DNA from: Fimbriosthenelais zetlandica
Lineage: Eukaryota
NCBI GenBank assembly: GCA_977030845.1
Contig: OZ365115.1
Location: 14,508,001-14,572,000, forward strand
DNA length: 64,000 nucleotides
Direction: 5' to 3'
Both the position numbers and the translations under genes were made by a program. Under the pieces are notes generated by a model. The model did no database searches and was not told where the DNA came from. It saw only the letters and a program-made list of their open reading frames with translations. The first letter of the stretch is position 1, and the number at the start of each line of letters is the position of its first letter. Positions 51,710 to 64,000 of this stretch are shown here, in pieces.

Positions 51710-51865
51710 ATTACCAATCATTTGTCACATGACCACGTGTCACGTGGCTTCAACAACAGCCAATCAACAGGCGGCGTCAACACACATGTGACCTATGACA
51801 TCCGGGACATCTGCCACTCAGCTTTGCCCATGCGCACTTATACTTATTGTCCACTTCCGGTTGAT
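51710..51865. promoter_or_regulatory. Promoter-like island (two CCAAT, two CACGTG, ETS)
   Basis: CCAATCA twice, tandem CACGTG, CACTTCCGG. A second island with two CCAATCAG is at about 52580-52630. Confidence 0.4.
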
Positions 51866-54800
51866 GCTGGATACACCTGGTGGGGCTCAGATTACCACGG
51901 TCCATGCTGACACCTGCCTATACACCGAGGTACCCCAGGGATTAGGGTATTATTGCCCGATTTGTTCATTTGTTGCCAGTGTCGAAGAGGGTATTGTCCC
52001 TTTGGGATTGGTTGCTCCCCTGAACAGTGTCAAGCTCTCCGTTTTCTGCATTAAATTAGGCCTAATGATGAATATGGAATAGATGTGTCAACAGAAAATG
52101 TCAAGTTCCCTCATGAGTTTTTTCAGTTTTTCTTACATGCAATATGAACATATTGTGTCCAAATTTATTTTTATAACCTATTTATTGGGCTTCTTTTCTC
52201 CTTATCAATCAATATTTCCTTACTCTTCCTTCCTCATTTTGATTGATACATGTAATTCAAGGAGGAAATGTTAATTTTGCTATTTTCAATTTTGCTATAT
52301 TACTTTTAGGGTACCTAGGCCTATATGATTATTGATCTTTTTTTCATTCTTTCATTCAGGGGGGAAGTTATATATTGTTTTTACGTTTGGCTATTTTCCT
52401 CTGTGGATTAATAGCAGGAATCCGGCCATTGTGTGGATTAATTCATGACCTCATTACCACCGACTCCACCGCCCCCTACCGCCGTCCATCTTCCCTAACC
52501 ACGTGACATACACGATTGATATTCCTTCCTTATCACATCCGGGACCCTGTCCATATGTCGCGTGTAACAAATAGCCTGTCTGCTCCAATCAGATAGCCGG
52601 AGACATCAGTGCAACCAATCAGCGCCGCGCTTACATTTATCAAGGCGCGCTATCTGATCACTCATTTGGTGTAAACGCACTGTTGAGGGACTCGATACAA
52701 TGGCTGGATGGTAACGGTGAGAGATTAGAGATTTGGGTGGTTGGGGGGTGGACAGGTGGATTTGGGAGATAAGCCGCATGGCAGCTTATAGCTTGTAAAT
52801 GGTGTATTTTGATAGGCTGATTGTTGGTAGAGGTGATGACATCATGCACCACCTAGTGGTATCTACACACATTAATACCGTGTGACTTATCTTGAGTTAA
52901 ATCAGAGAGAATCTGTAGATAAATCAATGAAAGAATAAATGCACCCAGGCTTGACATGCTGGATGTGATAAACATACAACTCATGTTGGATTTTAGTCCC
53001 TGATATGGTGTCCTCCAGGCTCCAATTTTTACGTAATTTCAGCATTAAAGCCATTTGTTGTCCGATGAAAAAGTATTGGTCAGTTGGGGGATCGGAAGGT
53101 GACGGATTGGAGAATCGGGATTAGTGTGTGGGCACCTTTAGACTTAGTCTAGTGTGGGCACCTTTAGAGTTAGTCTAAACTATTGATACTCCCCATTGTA
53201 AGTTTAAAATTACATGAGAAGTATTTTAACAATCGTGGTCAACTCGATCACCTGTAGTGTATTAAAGTCACCAAAAAAGGTTTGGGCCAAAATTGAGATG
53301 GTCAGGATAGTAGCTTTGTGGGTCCTGTGTTGTAAAAGGTATGAAATGCAGTTATAATACTATACTAGTAGATTTAGTCAGGTAAAAGTGAGAGGAAAGT
53401 GTGACGATAATGGCCATTAAATCGTCTACTATTTACATCTGGTTTATCCCACGAACACCACCACCCCTCCCCTCTCCAAACCCAAATCCTTCCCCTCTAA
53501 CCCCCTCCCCAACCCTCCAGGCTTGTGAGAGGCTGAGTCGATCTGAATTTAAGAGTAACCCCATTTTACTCTGAGTTATTATATCCTAAACTGACTATCT
53601 AGATTGTAGGTACTCAGAAATTTAAACTTCTCTGAGTGGGGCTAGTATCAGGGGTTAGTGTAATGTATACGGGATGTCTGTATGCTGTGAGAGGGGTATT
53701 TTATCATACGCTCCGTGTGTTAGAGCCCCAGCACCCCTCCACAGTTTACAGGTGGAGTTTAATCTATCTAAATCCACATCCACATGGCCCTTCTACTTCA
53801 ATCATCCTCCTTGTCTCAAGTGCCCCTCCAGGGTAGAATCCACTCTCCATGATCCTATCATCCTTACCACTTCTTCAATTCGATCTCTTCTTCCCATCCT
53901 TTTCCCCTCTTCTCTATGTTCTGTCCCTCCTCCGACTCTCCTGTACTTTACTTGTTATCTATACTGCATATATGTTTTATTGAAGTCATTATAAAAAGTG
54001 TTACATTGTATTACAATTTCTAGTCCAGTGCTTACGTATAGACCCATAATATATCCAATAGAGATCCAATATATAATCGAACCCCAACTCCCCATTTTCC
54101 ATGCACCCAACTTCCCCTGCCCAAACCACAACTCTCCCCTTTCCCCACTCCTCAACCCTCACCCCTACCCCACAACACCTCCCTCTCGCCCACCCCACCT
54201 CCCTCTCGCCCACCCCATCTACTTGCCTCTCCTCCCACAGACTCCATTTTAATGAGCCAGCGAGGTTTATATTGTCTATTTTTTCTCATTTCTCTCTAGA
54301 TCCAGGAGTAGCTCTCCTGGCAACCGGAACCGGAAGTGAGTGATGTGAGTATAGGCTTGATTTATTACCCACAATTCCCCACTCCAAAAAATAAATAAGC
54401 CGCTCTCTCTGTACCTCTGCTGATAACAGAGCTATGGAAAGCTGTGGTTCACTTCTATATAAAAACTAAATGACTGTCTGAAAGCTTCTTATATAAGGGA
54501 TTTATATAGCTTTTATACGTGTGGAGAATATTCATTCTGTATTCGCTGCTGTGGCAAATAATCCATTATTTTGTCATTATACAATGGTGATACTTTTTAA
54601 TATAAAGGATAGTAGATAATATAATAAATCTTCATGTAGTAGGCCTAATAATGCAGTATAGGTATGTGAGTTTGTATGTAGGTTGTCTCTTCAGGGGGTA
54701 TCTTAAACCTTAGAGTAAAATCATTTTACTCTATGCTTAAACTCTAAGCTCATTAAAGAAGGAAACACCAGACAAACATGGTCGTTTTAGGGCAATGGTC

Positions 54801-57800
54801 GGATACGGGGAAGCTTTAATCCAAGCAACTGGGCCCGCAGCTTTTCAGAGTTGGACATTTTGTATTTGGGTAGTTCTGAGATTTGGGGTGTGGGAGTGGG
54901 GTTGGGGCAGGGTTGTGGTTGGAGGAGGGGTAGGTAGTAGGTAGGGAGGGTAAGTGGGAGGGGAGAGGGGGGGGGGATTAGTGGTCAAACCCAACCCCAG
55001 ATATCCTGCCCCATCCTGCCCCCTCCATCATTTAACTCTAGTTCATGTCACCGTCACACCGTGTCGCTCTTGTCAACCAGGCAGACGATCCGCCACCTCC
55101 AGGCACTAGACTTGCCCCCTGTTTTGTAACATTTTATTATTCCCAACAATTATTATATCTACCAAAGAAAATATCTTAAATTAGGAATTAGGTGCCCGCT
55201 TCCCCCAAGATTAGTTTCCTGCCTTTCTAGGTCTGATGTAATTGTCTCAATAGGGAAATCAGTTTGATAATATATTTTTTCAAGACGGCTCTGGCAAGTT
55301 TAGTCCAGGCCAGTGACGTTTTCAGTGCCACCTGATACGTCGTGGTTGCCATTGGACACCCGGCTCCTGGGGCAGCGTTATTCATTTCAATCTTTTCCTG
55401 GGGAAACTTTTATTTTCTGGCCTATTTTTTGTTGTGGATCGTGATTTGAAAAGGTCATTGGAACCCTGTTAATTTAATACCGGCGAGCGTCACTCAGGTG
55501 ACGTTGCTCGGTAACCAGAGTTGTTGACAGCCGTCACCAATCTCTTCTCCATTTAGATCCACAATCGTCATCATTTTCAGTGAAAACTGAATTTGAAAGT
55601 CGCCAAAATGTAGGCCTACTTTTCACCTGTGATATGGCTGAAAATGGGAATTGAAAATGACCATTTCCACTGTGGGGCATGGAAAAGGCGAGCCATGTCT
55701 CCCACTGTCTGTAGTGAGAGGCTTGTAAAAGGCCAGCCATGTCTTTGAACCTATACGCTGCCACAATGGAAACTCAAATTATTTGGCACTATTCGAATAT
55801 GGAAAAATGTAATATGAAAACCACATAACAATGGTCTTTTATCTGTGAAATGTTGGAGCAATAACAATATAATGATTTCAATATTGTACCTCAATACAAT
55901 CCACTATAATGAAGCTATAAGCATACTGTATACGCCTAGTTATAATGTAATATAGAGATCGCCCATACAGGGAGAGTGGTATCAGATAGTTCCAGCTGCC
56001 AGGCTACAGAGTCAGAGACAAAACCTCCACATTAGATCGGGGTGTAATGTGGGATTTACTCTATACAGGCAGATATAGAGGGACGCTGGTATAATGCCAT
56101 TCTCTGATATACACTACAAACACTATACACGGACATTTAACAGTGCATCACAGACTGGAATGGTATTAGTCCGTGATACCATATTGTTGTACAATTCACA
56201 ATATGGGTTGGTCCTTTTTCCGTGCAGTCACAACAGATATCCTTGACTATTAGTACTAGTGCGTTTTGGGGACGATATATTGACTAAAATATTTGAAAAA
56301 CGATGCACAAAAGGGTCCACACAAAAGTTCAATACTACTACAGTTCTGACTATAAAAGTCTGTTGACTAGAAATGTTTTCAGTGAAAGAGCCTATAGCAC
56401 AATTCACAACGCTGGTTGGACTCTTTTTCGTGCAGTGATCAATTCAAAATATTACCACAGTATTGTAGCAAGAGCAACGAATATAGAAAGGAAATCGGAC
56501 TTGCAATGAGCAAATTGAAATATGTGAAAGTGAAAACGTTGCAAGTGAGCTTGGGGGGATATATGGCCTGCATATGCATATAGATATGACGAATGCTGCT
56601 GTTTTCCAGCCTGGTGGACTGTGAAGTGTGGTGGGGTGGGGTACAGTGATGTCCCCGGGACCTTGGCAGTCCTGGGAGCCTGACAAATGTTCCTGTTTTC
56701 CCGCTCCTGATAGAATCGTCTAGTGATGATAGCCCGTGTTTTTGTACCCATTTATTTGGTGGAAGAGAAAGAGGAGAACAACAAATTGTTGTTTGTTAGC
56801 ACCTACAGATAAATTGTTGTTTGTTGAATACAACATTGGGTCCTACTGCCCTGCCCCCTATACTCTGATAACTGAAGTCATACACATGCAAGGGAGAGAA
56901 GGACGACAGGGAGAGAGAGAGAGAGGAAGAGAGACACAGAGAGAGGCAAAGAGAGCTAGATGGGAAAAGACTGAAGCAAAAGGTGAGAGCTTCTGATAGC
57001 AAGACAAAAATATTCGCCTCTGGTCCCATCCCGCTACGTGAAAGGTGCCATCTATTCAGGCTATAGAGAGGGGGGGGGGGGGAGAAAGAGAAACAGAGAC
57101 AGAGAAGAACAGACAGAGAAGTTGGTGGGAGGGCGGAAACATGCGAGGGGAGAGTTTTGAGAGAGAGGGAGAAGAGATATAAGAGATGTTGAAGGGAAAG
57201 ATGGAGAGAGAGGCAGGATGGAAAAGGACTGAAGCAAGAGAAGAGAGCTTCAGAGAAGCAGAGCCTGAATAGAAGCGGCACCGGAAGTGCCTTTAAAGGA
57301 GAGAGTTCCAACTTGATATGGATTCAGATTTATATTGGATTCCCTTTGAATCCTTTCAATAGAATCCCGCAGTGTAAACCAATTAGTATAAACCAATTCA
57401 AAGTGATGGAATGCCTGATCCTAACTTACTACAGACATATGGACCGTGTTGTGTTCTCACCACCACACGCCCCCTGGTGTGAACATAAGTTGTTATGTGA
57501 CATATGGCGCGCCATAGGCGTCCACCGCCTGGTCACGAGGTGTTCATGTGTCCATGTTCAACATAGTTGCCATGACAACGGACCAGATTGCCATGGTTAC
57601 TGCCTGGTATTTGGACAGACTGACAGGAGTCAGAGGTGTCCATGCAGGGAGGTGGGGTCTCAAGTAGGGGGTCGTGTTGGGGAGGTACTGAGAGGTGAAG
57701 GGGGCATGGAAAGTTGCCCCTCCCACCTATCCACCCCTACTTCTCCCCCTGTCCGCCCCTCATGTCGTCCCTCCTTCATCTGTCATTGAATGTACAATGT

Positions 57801-60800
57801 AGGTCTGCTATTTGTACAATTTCAATTTTACACACATTCTGAAAAGGTTAGGGTGGCCTACTCTCATTCTAAAATTCAGACTGCAACTTTCTCAAACCAA
57901 CCTTGATGGTCTCTGATGAGTTGAAATATATATATGATTGAGTCCATACTCGCACGAGGGTCTCTCCAATGGCTTATGCAATGACTCAACACCTTTCAGA
58001 ACTGAAGGCCATATCTGCTTCCATGTTCCCATGAAAAGTGAAAGTTTTCAGTCTAAATAATCACTATTAAAATATAAATGGAAACCGTTTAGCCATAAAG
58101 CAGAGTTTGGAAGGTCTATTAGAGAGCGGTCGTCGAGCCATTACAGGCGGAATGAGCAGCAGCGTTCACCCAGCGTCCGTGTGACCTCTAGAGCTTTTAT
58201 TTCATTCCATTAGACCTCCCTCCATGACGGGCAAAAATGAACTCACTCTGAAAACACAGCTAAAGGCCAGAGCAGGCCTCTATTACTTCTGACTACCTCT
58301 GCCCCGCCGCGCGTTTGATCTCTGTTCAGCCTATTCTAACAAAGCTTTGCTCGCTAAACGCGCGCATCTTTTTATGAAAGCCGTTAAATAGGTACGATGG
58401 GAAGTGTAGATCGGGATGGACGTTATGAATGTACGGATGGATTGGTGCGCTGGGAACGCTCTCACCTTTACCTCCCTCTCTATTGTATCATAATATACCA
58501 AGGAACTTGCCCTCTTCAGTTTTTTGTACCTTTAACCTTAAATTGCTTTCATATTCTAAGAATTCCACTGGGTGTTCTTAAAATGTTAAAAGTTGATTGA
58601 AAACAGTTGAGGTTAAATTACGGACTGTAACCTTTGCATTACGTCTATACTCATTGCTTCTATATCAAACGTGATTGAATGACTTTCTTTTTAGAAAACT
58701 GTTAATTTTGAAACGATCGGGTATGAAGCTTTGTGAAATTTCAGCAAAGTTTTGGAACACTTGCAGAGAATATTATGATAAACCGGGATCTGATTATGAC
58801 AGAAATAATGTGTTCAACTAATTTCATTTCCCAAAACGCGGTTTGATATATTTTTGTGCTGCAAACAATGGTAGTTGATGTATTTTTGAGTTGCCGGCTT
58901 GTTTGCCTTGTTGTGGGTATAGTTGGTAGTGGTGTATAATAGTCAGTGACAGTCCTACATTCATACAATCAGCCTGGTATTCCTCTGATATCATCTAACC
59001 ATCATCAGAGCCGGTTAAAACCATCCCTCATGTAGCGAGAAATGATGGTAAAAAATGGAGCTACATTACATGGGGCTCTCACAAATAATCAGGGTACCCA
59101 TTCTCGTCAATTTTTCAGTGAGAAAGGGGCCTGTCCCATAAAAGCAGTAAGCACAATGTAATACAATGTACTCCCCATAAAATTGGTTCTTTTCGCCTCT
59201 AATCCTATATATAACCCGTATGTTTTGTTCACTAAGATCTAAAGAATGACTGACTGACTAGATTCAGGGGGATTTTAGAAGGGGTTATGGTGATGGGGGT
59301 AAAATCTACGAAAGGGGGTTGTGGCGAAAATAATTACCTTTGGAGCGATTATTAGTTCAAAAAGACCCTGACCCACTGACCCCGCCCCCCCCCCCCCCGC
59401 TCTTTCCGCCGGATCCACCCTTGGGATTTTGTGTGGAGCATGGACACCCAGTTTGGTTGTGGGTGCCCCTCTACCCGGGCAATACATGACAGGGGTTAGA
59501 AGTTATGTAACTCACTACCGCATGTATAGATGGCGCTGGTGTAGGGTTTGGGGGCAGTCAAGGGGTGGGTGGGGGTTAGGGGATGGGCGTAGTGATAGGG
59601 ATGCAGGTATGGTGAAGGGTTAGGGGCGGAGCAGGTTGGGGGTCGGGGATCGGGAAGGTAAAAAGATAATTAAAAGATGTAAGATAGGACCGCCTGACAC
59701 CCCGTCTACCCCCGACAGATAACAAGTAGGCCAAGGGAAAATGTTTCTGGTAACAAATATAATTAGATAAGTTAATACTTCCTTGATATACAGTCAAAAT
59801 CCTAAATAATGCTATGAAACTTTAGATTCTTTCACTGGGGGACTTTCGGTTATAAATTATAAATGTTTGCTAAGTATTACTTTTGTAAATTGCCTGAGAT
59901 TTTTAATGTGAAACTTTCGGTGTTATTTCCGGCCTGGGTGTTTTTTTCTCACCCCATGTGGTTGCTATGGCCGGGTCTATGATTGACAGGTTGTCATGGT
60001 AATGTTACGCTACCATGGTCACACAGACTCCGCCCACTACCTCACCTGATAACAGCAGGTTTACCTTCACTAAGTCATCTACATCACCAGGTCGATCTGC
60101 TTTTTTGCTTATACTTCACTTTTATCTTTATTTATGTGGAATTCCAGGTTAAACCTAAATAATGTTCCTCCCAAACCATCCTGCTCTCACTCTCTCTTAA
60201 TTCTCCAACCTATAGGCTCTCACTCCCAATGCCTTTTCTCTGTCTCTTTTCTCAGTTTCCCTTCTCTGACCAACAGTTTCTCTCACTCTTACTCTCTCTC
60301 TCTTTCTCTCTCTCCCTCTCTGTTTCTCCCTCTCTGTTTCTCCCTCTCTTTTTCAGATTCTCTCACACTCTCTCTGTCTCTTCCCTCTTTCCCCTCTCTT
60401 TCCTCTCTCCCTAGCTCACTCTCTCTTCTCCCTCTCCCTCTCTCTCCCTTTCCCTCTCCCTGTCTCCCTTTCTCTCCCTCTCTCTCCCCCTGTCTCTCAT
60501 TATAGATAGTTGAGTCTGTGGACAGCTGGGTGGACAGCCTGGAGGTATATCTGTACCTGATAAAGTATAAGAGACAGGCGGGGAGACAGGTAGAGATCTA
60601 ATCTGTCCCCCGCCTCCCCACACATACCTATTATAGCAGGACACGGGGTACAAATAGAGGGACCCATACCCCCGGCTAAAACCGGCGAATTATAATCATA
60701 CAGCAAAGGTCACAATGTTAAACCTGTCTTACAGGCATGGAGGGAGTTCATCCTATAGTATATTGTCATATGAAAAGAAAAGTTTTACCAAAAGTGTATA

Positions 60801-61479
60801 CCAAAAGTGTATACCAGAATAGTGTTAAAAGGAAAGTTTCTTTAACGGGAAAATCTGCCATATTTTATATAAACACTACATTTGACATATAGTAAAAGTA
60901 AGTAGTACGACTTTATTCTTCCATGAGAATTCAAAGTATTGTAAATTTGCAGCTTCTTTAGGTAAAGCCTATATTGAAGGAACACTTATTTAACCAGAAA
61001 TTCAGCCTTATTTCCAGTATTCCAAGTAAATCTCTATTCTTCATTGCATTTAAAGGTGTACAGGGTATAATTAAAGGAAACTTTAACCAGAAATTCAGCC
61101 ATATTTTATAGTACTTCTTTATTGTTCTTCTGGAAACTTTAACCAAACATTCTGCCATATTTATAGCTACTCCATGAGACATCAGAGAACAAACAATACT
61201 TTATTCTTCCCCGAGTGTTAAAACAGCCTCTCAAAAATAGATTAGGTGAGTACAAGGTATTTAACCTGCTCATAAATCAGGTGAGGCGGCCTTTACCTGG
61301 CCAGGTAATGTATGTAGTGGTTCTGTACTTTAACCTGGCCAGGTAGGGGGGCCCAACACCTGCCGGGGTCTTACTTAAATCCCAGATCAACTGTGCTATG
61401 TCAGGGTCTTAATTAGACTCCAGAACAACTGTGCTATGTCATCTCAATATTTTTCATTGGGACTTTGACATGAGTCTCC

Positions 61480-61630
61480 ACAGTCGGAGACATGGCAGGC
61501 TTTCACATGCCTCAACACAGTCAGTGGAATACATGGCTGGCCTTTTACATGCCTCTTACCACACTTAGTGATGGCTGGCATTAGTAGGGGACATGGCTGG
61601 GCTTTGATATCCCAGTTTGCAGCACTGGGT
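61480..61630 (-). mobile_element. Headless SINE copy (tail units plus core)
   Basis: ggagacatggc...ccttttacatgcctc units ending in ctttgatatcccagtttgcagcactggg. Confidence 0.65.
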
Positions 61631-62704
61631 GGAGAATCTCAAGGAAGGACAATACATCTGACAGTGTGTCCATGCTTTAGTAGATCCTAGTTTGACAGTA
61701 GTTCTTCCTTGTGACTGTGAGAGCCCTGGGGGATGGCATTTGGATAAGTTATTGGCACATGGCCTTAAAAGAACCCCACCCCCCACACGACGACCACCTC
61801 AACTTACCTCCCTACCCCCAGGCTGAGGAACCACACAAAAACATGGACAGGAAAAACAACCACAGGAATGTCTGAATACATAAACAGTCTCTGATACAAA
61901 TGTGTCTTTTATAGTACAAATTTAAATGTCTTTCCCTTCAATCTTCCCCACCTGGGGAAAGTGGTTTCAGATACGGGCATTCACTGTGTTAAAAAATGAA
62001 TTATGCAATAGGGCGCCATTGCGTTGGTCTTAGAAATCTGTACTGATTAAAACAAAGACAGCTTGTCATAGGCCAATGGAAATATCTATTTTAAATTTAG
62101 ATTTTTTTCTTTTGTTTTATCCCTTTTAATCTTATTTTAGAGTATTTCCTCTGCGTTTAAATCTTAGGTCAACCAGTTTTTATTTCACTTTTTTCACTTT
62201 AAAAGTTTAATTACAGCAAAAAGAGACATGATTACGATCCTCTATAATTTGAGGATTTCATTTTTTCGTGTCTTTTTTTAATTTCCTTGAAGTTTTTGAG
62301 GCTGTTTTGCCTGCAGGAAGCCATCGTCCCAGCTATTACTCCTCCAATAACAGGCCTAACCCTGTTCACAGTAATTGCCTAGTAAGTTTAGTGGGAATAA
62401 TTTAAACGCACGCTTTACGCCTTGCCTGTTCTTATTTAGCCTCATAAGGCGGTTTAGAAGCTTCTCGAAGGTCACCTCACTGAGCTGTTTTTTATATACT
62501 TCTTTTTTATAAATTAAATTTGTATAAAAACCATGTTATTAGTGCAAGCCAGCTGCCAGACTGATTCCCAAGTTTGTGTGTGATTTTCAGCTGGGGCTCT
62601 TTCTGTTTCATGTATATGTGTTGCCTTCTATGTCACAGTTACTTCTTGGGTACAAGTGCTTTTAAACATGTATATAAAACACTAGGGATGGAGTGAAAAA
62701 GCCA

Positions 62705-62790
62705 TGGACAGCTCAGGGATTGAACCACAGACCTTTTGATTATTGGTGACCCCCTGAATGGCCTGGCGCTTACCTGAACTAACTCCTTGA
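62705..62790 (-). pseudogene. Degenerate tRNA-like sequence (tRNA pseudogene or SINE head)
   Basis: On - strand: A-box-like ttagttcaggtaag, B-box GGTTCAATCCC, ends CCA followed by a T5 run. The acceptor stem does not pair. Confidence 0.45.
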
Positions 62791-62823
62791 TCTCCATGCC
62801 TACCTCCTGTTGGCTTTGCCAAC

Positions 62824-62962
62824 TCCCTTCGTCTATGCCTCTCATCTCCGTTTGCCTTGCCTCTCACTTCCCTTCGTCTATGCCTCTCATCTCCGTTTGC
62901 CTTGCCTCTCACCTCCCTTCGTCAAAGCCTCTCACCTCTGTTTGCCTTGCCTCTCACCTCCT
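62824..62962. repeat. 45-bp minisatellite, about 3 units
   Basis: cttcgtctatgcctctcatctccgtttgccttgcctctcacttcc repeated. Confidence 0.85.
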
Positions 62963-63739
62963 GCCCCTGTGTGTAACTGAAAACGAACCCCACTTCAAAC
63001 ATAAAGGAAGGTGTCGTGCCATGAATTACCCTACGATCGGATCAAAACGCCAGCCCCCGGGGGCACACGCCACCCGCGGAGCCTCCAAAAACCATTCTGG
63101 CACTTTCTGTGTTAGTTTTTGTAGGATAGTTCTACCCCGCTGTCCAGGTGGCGCTGTGAGCAGTGGGGGACGCACCCCCTGGTGGGTGACTTGAAAAGCT
63201 GCCAGAAGTCTCATGGCCTCTTCTTAAAAACATGGCCTTTGAGGGATAGCCTGATCGCCTGAGCCCGACCTATTTTCTCTGACCTTCTCACTCCCTCACA
63301 CTTTACGCCAGGCAGGAGGCTGTTGAAGGGAAACTTGGTGAAGGAACAACAGCTGTTGATGGTAAAAGAGGCATGCACGCTTTATACATTGTTCTGACTG
63401 ACCAATAGGTTTACACTCAATACATGGAATCATGTTTGGTGCTAAATCCAGACCAAACATCTGTCCTCATCATGGTTTTACCCATAGATTCTTAATTACT
63501 GCAAATTTGAACCTGTGACAGATTATTTCCATTCATCATTTCCTCGGACAATTTCCCAAGAGAAGGCTTATACATTGAACAAATCTTCGCCCGAATTTTG
63601 GGGTTTCAGTTCCACAATTCATGTTTTGGACAGTCCCTCAAGTGATTATGTCTACTTGGGTTTATATTAGATTATTTAGATATTCCTAATGAATGAATTT
63701 ATTAATTCAACCTTGGATCCCTTCAGATAACTATTAGTG

Positions 63740-64000
63740 TACAGTGGCGTCTGCCTAATGGACATTTCGGGACTAATTGAACTAATTGTGGGCCAACTAA
63801 AACGACCATCTCTCTTGTGGCCACTAAATGGTCAGAAACAAATTTGTATAACACCGCAAAGACATGCTCTCTAAAGCGACCAACTCACTATATGTGACCA
63901 AAAGATGGTCAGAGCCATTTAATACTACAAAGGTTTTCACCAAATGTTTTCACATCGCTAAGACATGACCACTAAAGCGACCATTTCACCATGTGAGCAC
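63740..64000. mobile_element. Tc1/mariner-pogo-like MITE, truncated by the window end
   Basis: tacagtggcgtc start; repeated aaa(a/g)cgacca motifs shared with 17127-17480. Confidence 0.5.

Noticed and set aside
61293-61344. Repeated palindrome ACCTGGCCAGGT
   Set aside because: Only two copies 38 bp apart; a local duplication is a sufficient explanation.
62705-62790. Functional tRNA gene
   Set aside because: The acceptor stem does not pair and there is an insertion before the anticodon arm; kept only as a degenerate tRNA-like sequence.

Overview
This is AT-rich animal genomic DNA, probably from a bilaterian invertebrate (inferred from GT-AG introns, microsatellite load and CTCF-like sites). 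It is a short-read-type assembly with three N gaps. The only protein-coding genes I could reconstruct with confidence are two intact, head-to-tail, minus-strand, 8-exon GH3-domain (GHDC-like acyl-adenylate/acyl acid-amido synthetase) paralogs: copy A at 21276-25509 (642 aa) and copy B at 26184-30099 (641 aa). They are nearly identical except in short hypervariable blocks next to the catalytic motifs. Both carry a tandem array of repeated exon-5 splice donors. A probable first coding exon of another minus-strand gene lies at 34160-34363. A 3.96-kb near-perfect tandem duplication (34910-42860) is probably an assembly artefact. The rest is non-coding: a tRNA-headed SINE family with 44-bp minisatellite tails, PIF/Harbinger-like and Tc1/mariner-like MITEs, GA/CT microsatellites, and many motif-dense regulatory-looking islands. 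These islands include a five-site nuclear-receptor DR5 chain next to a seven-site CRE cluster. All calls were made by eye; no database searches were run.
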